A DNA stretch of 64,000 nt from Carpediemonas membranifera BICM (taxonomy: Eukaryota; Protista; Fornicata). The DNA lies in the NCBI GenBank assembly GCA_019828565.1, contig JAHDYR010000016.1, forward strand, positions 211,053-275,052, read 5' to 3'. The notes below the pieces were generated by a model. That model was not told where the DNA came from. It made no database searches and worked only from the letters and a program-made list of their open reading frames with translations. Each line of letters starts with the position of its first letter. Position 1 is the first letter of the stretch. The position numbers were made by a program, and so were the translations under genes. Positions 50,593 to 62,541 of the stretch are shown piece by piece.

Positions 50593-53109
50593 ATGAGCAC
50601 CACTGCAAAGGAGAAGAGGGAGGCGTTGGTGAAAATTGAGAAACTTTTGAGCAGTGGAAGTCAGAAGATTCCCGCCCCTCTCATCTCAGCCCTTGCAGCT
50701 TCCCTTCGCAGTACGCAACCCGTGCTCAAGCTTGAAGCGATCCGAATTGCGCATGCTTTGGCAGATCACCCAGATAGACCTAATTTCTCCAAGGATATAC
50801 TTTCGGCAATGAGCAAAAACGTTACTAGCGGCAAGAAGGAGATCCGAGAATCCGCCAAGGCCGCCCTTCAGACCTGGGCATCGCGCAAACCATCTGAGAT
50901 CCCAGCACCATCAACACAAGTGAAGACACAACCAGTCCCAATGACGCGTGTCACCCCCAAGGTCGCCCGCATGGGTCATGGTCAACGGGCGCAGCAAAGG
51001 ACGCCTGAAATCGCCCCGATGCACCAGTCGAGGCACGCCCCGGTCGACCCGGTCGAAGAGACTATCACTGCAGCAAAGCAAGTGATCCAAGCCGGCCGCA
51101 GTGGCCATTTAACAGTGGAGGACGGCATCCAGGCCTTGACTGACTTCAAAAACTGGAGCGACGAGTTTGTGCTCGAGGACGAGCCATTCCCAGCCCGCCT
51201 AGTGCGGTATCTCGTGCTCATGGTGTACTCAGTGGTCGACAACTGCCAGTTCGCCGAGGCAGACCCCTATCAATGGCAGGAGACCCTCAGCGAGACCCTC
51301 TCGGAACTTTACTGCGGCCTGACCGACCCAGACCTCAAGGCAATCAAAAAGGAGCATCTGATTACCCCCTCCCACCGTGCGATGGACGGCAGCACCGCAC
51401 AGTCGGCCCGGGACATTTACCGCAGTTACCAGCAGACAATCGGCCTCATCCTCGAGCAGGCAGACTGGGGCATCACCCTGCAGACCCTCATAAACCTGAG
51501 GGTCCAGGTCGCCCTCGAGCAAAACAACTCGAGGCCGGCCACGGTTGCCCAGCTGCCTCGGTCTCAGCGGGCCTGGTGCAGCCACGACCAGCTCCGGCTG
51601 ATGGGCAAGGAGATGGACGACACGATCTTCCGCCAGTTCGTCCCCAGCCGCTTCGTACAGCAGCCAGCTGACCTTGAGTTTGGCCTCGACGCCTTCTGCT
51701 CCATGGTTGAGGAGTGCAACAGCTGCCTGGACCCGGAATCGGCCGCCCTCGACAACGTCATGCAGCTCGCTATCCGCATCATTTACCCCCTCGCCCAGGA
51801 AGGGTCGACCCTCCATGTAATCGATGAGTATCTCCGGCAACTACCGGCAGACCACCCCATGGCCGGTGTTTATGAGATGGTCGAGAGCAGTATTAGACCC
51901 CAGTCAGTCCGCCCCCGCCCCACCCGCAGCAGCAGGCCCAGGCCAGTCGAGGAGGCTGACGTCGGGTCAGTCAGACCGAGAACGGCTGAGCGGGCCCCGC
52001 CCTCGCGGAAACAGACCCGCGGCGCCGCCCCCGACACCGGCGCCCAGCTGATCGACCTGGCCCTTATGAAGTATCGCGTACCCGCTTCACTCGCCCCCGC
52101 CCTCGCCGCCGAGGTGAGCACCATCACATCCCGTCCCGTGAGCTCATACGACGAGCTCTTCACTCTGGTCGACAAGGCCGGACTCGCCCCGGACCTGGTG
52201 CCGTTCTTAGGGGCGGCGGGGGTGCCTCCGTACGTGGTAGAGATCATCGCTAGACACCAGCAGACCCAGCCCGAGATGACACCTGTCGTCGGCGGTTATG
52301 AGACTCGGTCCGACGATGACGCCGAGGACGAGGTGCGGTCAATCGCCCAGAGCATGCAGCAGCTGGAGGTAGAGCCCCTGGCGACCAGCCATGTCTCCGG
52401 TCTGCCGCCACGCCAACCCGCGGCACACCCGCCTCCGCCAGCACCCGAGCCTGCGCCCCTCACAGCTGTGCCCGAGTACCCCAGGCCGCCCGCTGTCGCC
52501 AGCCAGGCCCTGCCAACTCCTGCCCTGGTCAGCGCGGCCCAACGGCGGCCCGAGACGCCAATGACCCAGAACACCGAGGTCCCGCGGAGTCAGAGTCAGT
52601 CCAGGCCAGTCCCGCAGTCGGTCGTGCCCCCAGCCCCGGCTAGGCCAGCCAGCAGCCTGTACTCCGTCGACCTGACCGAGGATGACACGACGAAGAACCT
52701 GCTGGCCGTGCCCGTTCTCATGACGAGGAGGCGCCGGCATAGGCAGCCCCGGTCCAAGCGCGAGCCTGTCGACCTGACCAGCCTCAAGATCGAGTCTGTC
52801 GCGTCCATCCGGGAGAAGCTCGCCAACCAGCCCCCGCCCGAGCTCGAGCCGTCCCCCGAGCCATCCCCCGTTGTTGCCGCGATGAACAGGTCTGCCCTTA
52901 AACTGCCGCCCGGTCGCACGAGCCGTGTGGTGCATTCACCAGCGAACGAGGCTCCTCGGAACAAGAACAACCGGTCACCCGTGGTTAAGCCTGCCGACGA
53001 GAACTGGGAGGAGCGTCTGACTTTCCTGCTGACGAAGGGAATGGACATGACCCCTCTGGAGTACGCCGAGTGCGTGGAGCTGAGCAAGAGATTTGGGGCT
53101 TCGTTGTGA
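50593..53109 (+). CDS. HEAT/TOG-like protein resembling the C-terminal part of XMAP215/CKAP5, with a Pro-rich tail
   Basis: N-terminal HEAT-like segments (K.EIRE.A..ALQTW) and IGLILEQADWGITLQTLINL, which recalls the ch-TOG C-terminal domain. Tentative. Confidence 0.45.
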   Translation: MSTTAKEKREALVKIEKLLSSGSQKIPAPLISALAASLRSTQPVLKLEAIRIAHALADHPDRPNFSKDILSAMSKNVTSGKKEIRESAKAALQTWASRKPSEIPAPSTQVKTQPVPMTRVTPKVARMGHGQRAQQRTPEIAPMHQSRHAPVDPVEETITAAKQVIQAGRSGHLTVEDGIQALTDFKNWSDEFVLEDEPFPARLVRYLVLMVYSVVDNCQFAEADPYQWQETLSETLSELYCGLTDPDLKAIKKEHLITPSHRAMDGSTAQSARDIYRSYQQTIGLILEQADWGITLQTLINLRVQVALEQNNSRPATVAQLPRSQRAWCSHDQLRLMGKEMDDTIFRQFVPSRFVQQPADLEFGLDAFCSMVEECNSCLDPESAALDNVMQLAIRIIYPLAQEGSTLHVIDEYLRQLPADHPMAGVYEMVESSIRPQSVRPRPTRSSRPRPVEEADVGSVRPRTAERAPPSRKQTRGAAPDTGAQLIDLALMKYRVPASLAPALAAEVSTITSRPVSSYDELFTLVDKAGLAPDLVPFLGAAGVPPYVVEIIARHQQTQPEMTPVVGGYETRSDDDAEDEVRSIAQSMQQLEVEPLATSHVSGLPPRQPAAHPPPPAPEPAPLTAVPEYPRPPAVASQALPTPALVSAAQRRPETPMTQNTEVPRSQSQSRPVPQSVVPPAPARPASSLYSVDLTEDDTTKNLLAVPVLMTRRRRHRQPRSKREPVDLTSLKIESVASIREKLANQPPPELEPSPEPSPVVAAMNRSALKLPPGRTSRVVHSPANEAPRNKNNRSPVVKPADENWEERLTFLLTKGMDMTPLEYAECVELSKRFGASL

Positions 53110-53398
53110 GAGATAGTGATAGTTCGATTGGATCGTAAATTATCAGTGCGATAGTGCTGTCTGGCCGACCCACGCGCTGGCCGTTTGACCCAGGCTGACT
53201 CGGGCTTGGTACCACGGCATGGTCGTCAGGTGAATTGTCGCCGGCTGACTAAGGATGTGAAATAGTGAGTGGGAGAGTCCATAGCCACCAGAGGCGAGGA
53301 TGGAAGCTGGATTTGATCTCTGTTTCTTCGGGTGTCAAAACCAAAGAACGACATGCACTGGCATTCGTCTGATTTCAGGGTTCTTAACTTCACGTCCA

Positions 53399-54958
53399 AT
53401 GAGTGAAAGCAGCGAACAATCATCAAACGACGATGACTTTCGCTCTAGCCTTCCCCGTTCTGCCGCTATTTCACCTCGTCGCGTTCTCTCCAGAGGAGGA
53501 ACGCCCAACGGGCCAATTCGCGTACCAGGACGCCGACATACAATAGAATCTCTTCCCCGACGGCGCCGTACGATCATACTCTCGCCGATACCCCCCATCC
53601 ACCTCCGAGAACACCGACCCAGCCTCGTCCTCGCCTCAGGCCCAACGCTCGTCGTCAGCACGGTTCCCAATCCACCGCTGCTCATCCTGGGCGGCCGGGC
53701 AATCCTCATTTCAGCCCCGTTCTTTCTTATCTTCGGCACTTTATGGCAGCTGACCGTGTACTATCTGCCCGACCTGATTACCACCCTGGATGTCTACGAC
53801 GACTGGTACAACGATGCTCTGGGCTATTACGTCCTCTTCTCCCTCTTCCAGCTCAACTACTTCCCATGGGGTCTCGGCAAGAACCGGCCGTTCAAGCAGT
53901 TCATCCCAGCTGCCCTGGGGGCGACCAGGCATATCATCAGCTGGCTCTGCTCTTTCATACTGCTTGCCATAGTCGAGCTGATGCTTCTGGCCTTTAATGT
54001 CGACGAGATCAACCGAGACGGCTTTCATTTTGCCTTAAGTACGCCCCCCCACCCAAACTCACGCAGCCGTGAACGGAATCTTTTGGAGCACGATATCCCA
54101 CACGTATTTCGACGGATGGTGGGACTCGTGGATCAAGTGGCGACCGCTGCGGCTGCTCATGTGGGTCCCGCCCGCAGCCGTGACCATTTACATAACATGG
54201 TATCTGTTTCCAGTAAGTCTCCACCCACCCCTCTCTGGCACAGCTTGGGTTCAAGGTCCACATGGACAACTACAACGAGGCTCGGTTTGTCGCCCTCATG
54301 GCCCTGTTACAGGTTCGTTCTTCACCATTTCTTGGCAGTGCTCACGCAGTGGTGGATCGTCGGCGGTCTCTTCATCGGTCTGCACCTAAACGACCTAATT
54401 GTCGACGCACAGCAGCAGGAGGTGATCCCGGCCAGCATGGGTCGCTTCCCCATCGGCTGTCTCAAGCTCGGCATGTCCGTGGGGGCGGGTACCCTGCTGA
54501 ACGGTGTCAGCTATCTCGTGACAAGGCAAGTCTACCCGAACTCAACGTATGTCGAGGCGTGGTTGTACAGTCTTTGTATCGCGTCCTTTTTTTTGTTTCC
54601 GATTATTCAGCTTTCGGTCTATTCCAATAACTTCGCATCTGTGAACTCTCCTGGCTTCAGGCTAACGATGAGAGGTACCGTGGTTCTGCTGATAGCCCTC
54701 TTGTACTGGCTATACGTCGCCGCCCTGTTTGCCACGGGCGTCATGAACCCTGATAAGGAGCCCATTTATAAGCGGATCCCTGCCACCATCCACCTCAACT
54801 TCGTTGTTGGTATCTTTGGGGTGACCCATGAGTTTAGCGGGGCGTGGGGGTTCTACTACCAGCCGAGCGACAGTGAGGAGGTTAACATCATGCCGAACGC
54901 CGACCAGGGCTGGGATTCGTCGCCGGACGTCATCTCCGAGTCGCCCCTGGACTCGTAG
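53399..54958 (+). CDS. Polytopic membrane protein (putative transporter), 4 exons
   Basis: Introns at 54039-54066 (28 nt), 54213-54243 (31 nt) and 54313-54349 (37 nt). Splicing gives continuous hydrophobic TM segments. Confidence 0.7.
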   Translation: MSESSEQSSNDDDFRSSLPRSAAISPRRVLSRGGTPNGPIRVPGRRHTIESLPRRRRTIILSPIPPIHLREHRPSLVLASGPTLVVSTVPNPPLLILGGRAILISAPFFLIFGTLWQLTVYYLPDLITTLDVYDDWYNDALGYYVLFSLFQLNYFPWGLGKNRPFKQFIPAALGATRHIISWLCSFILLAIVELMLLAFNVDEINRDGFHFALSTPPHPNSRSRERNLLEHDIPHVFRRMVGLVDQVATAAAAHVGPARSRDHLHNMVSVSSKSPPTPLWHSLGSRSTWTTTTRLGLSPSWPCYRFVLHHFLAVLTQWWIVGGLFIGLHLNDLIVDAQQQEVIPASMGRFPIGCLKLGMSVGAGTLLNGVSYLVTRQVYPNSTYVEAWLYSLCIASFFLFPIIQLSVYSNNFASVNSPGFRLTMRGTVVLLIALLYWLYVAALFATGVMNPDKEPIYKRIPATIHLNFVVGIFGVTHEFSGAWGFYYQPSDSEEVNIMPNADQGWDSSPDVISESPLDS

Positions 54959-55178
54959 AGTTCAACTATCAAATATTATTTAGCATACTACCTGAGTCAA
55001 CTGTGCCAGGTGTTCTTAAGTGGATGTGGTGAACATCCTGTCCCTGGTAAACAGCGGAGACCTCTCTCTGATTATCCTGTTATGGGCCCACGATTTTTTC
55101 TGGCGATCTTATGTGATTTGATCGCATCTTTTTCTTCACATTTCTTTTCTTCACTTTTTTCACACATCGCACACTCAC

Positions 55179-58100
55179 ATGCGAACGAAGGTTCTATTTG
55201 GCCTTTTGCTTTGTGTGTCCGCAACATTTGCTGCAGCGATAACTGTGACTGAAACGCAGCGCTGGGAGCCTGAAACTGTCGATCCCAACTACACTAAGGA
55301 GGCTCTTTTCAGTGTCGGCCTTGCCATGTCAGGCTCTCTCGCGGTTGTCGGCCAGTATGGGTTCCATGGCTACCGCGGCAAAGCCTTCCTCTACGAGCTG
55401 GTTGGTGGCGTTTGGACGTATTCGCAAGAACTTGCTATAACTGACGCAAATATTGGCTTCGATCTCTTCGGTTTCGACGCGTGCATCAACGGTACGACGG
55501 CAATATACGTCTCTAGCCGTGGTGACGGTTACGCCCCGTCAGACACCTATATCCGTACCGGCGCTATCTTCGTCTTCGAGCCGACTGGTCCCGACTCAAC
55601 TTGGGTTCAAACGGGCAAGATTCTGCCAGATGAACGCGTCAAAGACGCCTCTTTCAGCTATCCCATCGTCATCCATGGCGACATGCTTGTCACTGGGAGC
55701 ACGAATTACAACACTGTCAGAGGCGCCGCCTACGTCTTCAGGCGCTCCGACACGGGCGAGATGACGCAGGAGCAGCTGATCACGTATTCTGATGACAGCG
55801 TGCAGTCTTACTTCGGCTGTTCTGTCTCCATCGACGGCGACTACATGGCAATCGGCGCGTACGCCGCCTCGGCGGGGGCGGTTGGCGGCAATAGCTACGA
55901 GGGCAAGGTTCGCATCTTCCACCGCAACGAGGCAGCCTGGGACCTCGAGACCACGCTATACGCCAGCATTCATGGAACTTCTGCCAGTTTTGGTATGGCA
56001 GTTGGCCTCGTCAACGACACGCTCGTGGTTGGCGCCCCTAACTCATATGATGACATCGACAAGTCGACCCAGCCTGGGGCAGTGTACGTCTTCCAGCGCA
56101 ACGGCACCGACTGGGTCGAGACCGACATTCTGTTTGGCGACGGTGAAGATGATTCGGCATTCGGTCTCCAGCGTGCTCTCGCGTTTGACGGCAGGACTCT
56201 CGTCGTGGGCGCACATCAGTCTGCGGATGATGTCAGACTTAAGGCCGGCAAGACGTTCGTCTACCAACGCTCCCACGACAACTGGATCCAGACGCAGCGC
56301 CTGATGTCCTCAGCCCCACTCACCGGGGCAGGGCAGGGTTACCGCATCGCACTCGACAACGGCCACCTCATCTCCGGGGCGTACCATGAGACGATCACTC
56401 GCGAGAGTGCTGATTATCGTGAAGCTGGTGCAGCCTACTACTTCGACCTCACAGCCGGCTACTGCCCGCCAGGCACGTTCAACGACGCCGGTACATGTAC
56501 CGACTGTCCCGATGGCACATACCAGGCGGACTGGAACCAGCCCTCGTGCAACGACGTCGAGATCGGCTACTACAGCACCGACTGGCTCACACAGACAGCC
56601 TGTAACGACGGCAAGTTCAGCAATGCCACCGGACTGGCCAGCTGCTACTTGGCCGAGCCAGGCTACTTCGTGCCGGCCGACGGTGAGGCCCACACCGAGC
56701 AGCTGCCATGCACTGCTGATGCGGCGTACACCAACACCTCCGGCAACTCCGCCTGCAACACCGCTGAGGCCGGGTACTACGTCGCGGACGAGGACCGCAC
56801 GAAGCAGGTTCCCTGCGACGGCGGCAAGTTCCAGCCCGACGGCGGCCAGACCACATGTGTCGAGACAGCCACCAAGGGCCACTACGTACCCGCTGATGGC
56901 AAGCCGCACACGACCGAGGAGGACTGCCCCGCCGGCCACTACTGCCCCACTACCGGCATGGCCACGCCTGAAGCATGCGCGGCCGGCACGTTCAGCGCTG
57001 ACACCGCGCAGGACACTGTTGACACCTGCGCAGCATGCACCGCCGGGTCCTACTGCGGCGGCGAGGGCCTGGCCGCAACCAGCGGCGACTGCTCTGCTGG
57101 CTACTTCTGCATCTCCGGGGCGACTACGGCGAGCCCCACCGACGGCGACACAGGCGACATCTGCCCGGTTGGCTCGTACTGCCCCGCTGGGTCGACCTCG
57201 AGCACGCCCTGCACTGAGGTGGGCTCGTACACGAACGCCACTGGCAAGGAGGCGTGTGATGTTGCCGACGAGGGGTTCTTCGTGGACCCGACCGACCACA
57301 CCAAGCAGCAGCCGTGCAATGCGGGCAAGTACCAGCCTGCCACCGGCAAGAGCTCTTGTGAGACTGCCACCAAGGGCCACTACGTACCCGCTGATGGCAA
57401 GCCGCACACGACCGAGGAGGACTGCCCCGCCGGCCACTACTGCCCCACTACCGGCATGGCCACGCCTGAAGCATGCGCGGCCGGCACGTTCAGCGCTGAC
57501 ACCGCGCAGGACACTGTTGACACCTGCGCAGCATGCACCGCCGGGTCCTACTGCGGCGGCGAGGGCCTGGCCGCAACCAGCGGCGACTGCTCTGCTGGCT
57601 ACTTCTGCATCTCCGGGGCGACTACGGCGAGCCCCACCGACGGCGACACAGGCGACATCTGCCCGGTTGGCTCGTACTGCCCCGCTGGGTCGACCTCGAG
57701 CACGCCCTGCACTGAGGTGGGCTCGTACACGAACGCCACTGGCAAGGAGGCGTGTGATGTTGCCGACGAGGGGTTCTTCGTGGACCCGACCGACCACACC
57801 AAGCAGCAGCCGTGCAATGCGGGCAAGTACCAGCCTGCCACCGGCAAGAGCTCTTGTGAGACTGCCACCAAGGGCCACTACGTCCCTGAAGGCAGCATTG
57901 GCTACACTGCCCAGCAGAGCTGTGTCGTTGGCACATTCGCGAACGAGACTGCCATGACGGCGTGCATCATTGCTGAGGCCGGCTACTATGTCCCCAGCCC
58001 CGAGGCCACCGATCAGCTCGCCTGCTCTGCCGAGGGCGCCTACACGAACTCCACCGGCAGCAAGAGCTGTGAGACAGCCACGGCCGGCTGGTACGTCAAC

Positions 58101-59126
58101 TCCACCGACCACACGAAGCAGCTCACCTGCGACGGCGGCGAGTACCAGGACGAGACCGGCCGGGGCGAGTGCAAGACATGCCCTGCCCAGCACAGCACTG
58201 CCAACGACGGTCGGCCCCACACGGTCTGCACCGCCTGGGTGAGCCCCGTCGTGGCCGTCAACACGACGACGCCCGTCACCCTCAACCTCACCAACGCTAA
58301 CAGCAACGTCTCCGACGCCACCATCGCCATTGGCGGCGAGACTGCTCCATGCGTTCTCATGCCGGGCCCCGGCTCGGCCCCCACGACAGTCGTGCCCGTC
58401 GTCTCGACCCCGACTGTCGCCGCCGGGACCTACACAATGACGTTCCAGCTTGAGGACGGCTCGACCGAGACGACCTCGATCACTCTGTCCCAGGAGCTCA
58501 CGATCCCCACCGAGGGCGAGGTTTCTTTCTCCGGCACATCTGCGACGAACACGGTCTCGAGCCCCATGTGCCCCTCCAAGATCTCGTCAAAGCATCTCTC
58601 CCCCGCCAGCTTCTCGGGCGCCTCAGTCTCCGGCTCGGATGTGCAGTGTAAGGCTACTCAATCTGTCACTCCGAAGACGATCAAATCATCTTTCATGCCG
58701 TCCTTCAAGCTCCGGCTGCCCGGCATGGCGTCTGCCCTGACGACACCGACGAGCACGGTCCAGGTGTGCGTGGCGCTGACGGACGCCACGTTCTCGAGCA
58801 CAGAGGGCATCAACATCACTGTCTCCGGCACGCCCGCCACTACGGTGTTTGTGGCCGACGGCATGGTGTGCACGCTCGATGTCTACGACGAGGACGTTAT
58901 TGCCACCGACGCCGACACGTTTGTCACCCTCGCCGGCACAACGCTCGTGGCCGCCCCGACAAGTGAGGCCGACTCCAGCACCGCCCTCATCGTGGTTGTT
59001 GCTGTCGGTCTGTTTGTGCTCGCCGCCGTTGCTGTCCTCACGGCCGTGGCGACGTTCTCGGTTTTCATGGTGGTCCGCCAGGTTCAAAAGAAGAAGGCAG
59101 TCGCCACCGCAGCGACTCAAGTTTAA
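55179..59126 (+). CDS. Type I surface protein: signal peptide, FG-GAP beta-propeller, Cys-rich GCC2/GCC3-like repeats, TM and short tail
   Basis: FG.SV.I.G...VGA repeats, C..G.YC/C..G.YQ repeats and a C-terminal hydrophobic helix followed by RQVQKKK. Confidence 0.9.
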   Translation: MRTKVLFGLLLCVSATFAAAITVTETQRWEPETVDPNYTKEALFSVGLAMSGSLAVVGQYGFHGYRGKAFLYELVGGVWTYSQELAITDANIGFDLFGFDACINGTTAIYVSSRGDGYAPSDTYIRTGAIFVFEPTGPDSTWVQTGKILPDERVKDASFSYPIVIHGDMLVTGSTNYNTVRGAAYVFRRSDTGEMTQEQLITYSDDSVQSYFGCSVSIDGDYMAIGAYAASAGAVGGNSYEGKVRIFHRNEAAWDLETTLYASIHGTSASFGMAVGLVNDTLVVGAPNSYDDIDKSTQPGAVYVFQRNGTDWVETDILFGDGEDDSAFGLQRALAFDGRTLVVGAHQSADDVRLKAGKTFVYQRSHDNWIQTQRLMSSAPLTGAGQGYRIALDNGHLISGAYHETITRESADYREAGAAYYFDLTAGYCPPGTFNDAGTCTDCPDGTYQADWNQPSCNDVEIGYYSTDWLTQTACNDGKFSNATGLASCYLAEPGYFVPADGEAHTEQLPCTADAAYTNTSGNSACNTAEAGYYVADEDRTKQVPCDGGKFQPDGGQTTCVETATKGHYVPADGKPHTTEEDCPAGHYCPTTGMATPEACAAGTFSADTAQDTVDTCAACTAGSYCGGEGLAATSGDCSAGYFCISGATTASPTDGDTGDICPVGSYCPAGSTSSTPCTEVGSYTNATGKEACDVADEGFFVDPTDHTKQQPCNAGKYQPATGKSSCETATKGHYVPADGKPHTTEEDCPAGHYCPTTGMATPEACAAGTFSADTAQDTVDTCAACTAGSYCGGEGLAATSGDCSAGYFCISGATTASPTDGDTGDICPVGSYCPAGSTSSTPCTEVGSYTNATGKEACDVADEGFFVDPTDHTKQQPCNAGKYQPATGKSSCETATKGHYVPEGSIGYTAQQSCVVGTFANETAMTACIIAEAGYYVPSPEATDQLACSAEGAYTNSTGSKSCETATAGWYVNSTDHTKQLTCDGGEYQDETGRGECKTCPAQHSTANDGRPHTVCTAWVSPVVAVNTTTPVTLNLTNANSNVSDATIAIGGETAPCVLMPGPGSAPTTVVPVVSTPTVAAGTYTMTFQLEDGSTETTSITLSQELTIPTEGEVSFSGTSATNTVSSPMCPSKISSKHLSPASFSGASVSGSDVQCKATQSVTPKTIKSSFMPSFKLRLPGMASALTTPTSTVQVCVALTDATFSSTEGINITVSGTPATTVFVADGMVCTLDVYDEDVIATDADTFVTLAGTTLVAAPTSEADSSTALIVVVAVGLFVLAAVAVLTAVATFSVFMVVRQVQKKKAVATAATQV
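56868..57883 (+). repeat. Perfect 498-bp tandem duplication within the surface protein CDS
   Basis: GCCACCAAGGGCCACTACGT recurs at 56868, 57366 and 57864. Shadow ORFs 57035/57533 and 57101/57599 are identical and 498 bp apart. Confidence 0.95.
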
Positions 59127-59210
59127 TTGACACGTAAATCTCACATGTGCGTGATATTACGTTAGTTTAGTTATGTGTCAGGATGCCGGCCCCACCGGGG
59201 GTGAGGGGTT

Positions 59211-59638
59211 TCGGCCTTGCCATGTCAGGCTCTCTCGCGGTTGTCGGCCAGTATGGGTTCCATGGCTACCGCGGCAAAGCCTTCCTCTACGAGCTGGTTG
59301 GTGGCGTTTGGACGTATTCGCAAGAACTTGCTATAACTGACGCAAATATTGGCTTCGATCTCTTCGGTTTCGACGCGTGCATCAACGGTACGACGGCAAT
59401 ATACGTCTCTAGCCGTGGTGACGGTTACGCCCCGTCAGACACCTATATCCGTACCGGCGCTATCTTCGTCTTCGAGCCGACTGGTCCCGACTCAACTTGG
59501 GTTCAAACGGGCAAGATTCTGCCAGATGAACGCGTCAAAGACGCCTCTTTCAGCTATCCCATCGTCATCCATGGCGACATGCTTGTCACTGGGAGCACGA
59601 ATTACAACACTGTCAGAGGCGCCGCCTACGTCTTCAGG
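59211..59638 (+). pseudogene. Exact 428-bp copy of 55315-55742 (FG-GAP region)
   Basis: Identical sequence at an offset of 3896 bp, lacking the signal peptide and TM. Confidence 0.9.
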
Positions 59639-59766
59639 TGGAGCAGGACATTGGACAAGGCTCTCTCAATTTCTGACCGTGCAGTTTATGCAGAGTTTCA
59701 TATCACAGATTGCACGTATGCTCAACTTATCCAATCATTACCCACTATGGATTATGGTTTATGAGT

Positions 59767-62241
<2,475 letters not shown>

Positions 62242-62541
62242 TTGGACTTATGCTTTAACTTGATGTTTGACACGGGTGATCGTGTCTGATCGCGACTCAA
62301 GAAAAGTCAACTGCCGGCACGACGAGTAAGAAAGGTGACACCCATGAAGGCCAGATCACGTGGATCCTGGGCTTCATCTTTCTCACCAATGCCCTTTGAC
62401 GTCCTGAGGCTCCATGTCCACCGGTCTGGAGTGAAGCCGAGGAATGCAAAGACTAGAAGCTAAGTACAACGTCATCCGCGTTTGCCTGTACAAATATCGA
62501 GCAATGCCGACTGCCAAAAACTCATTTTACAATTGAAAGCA

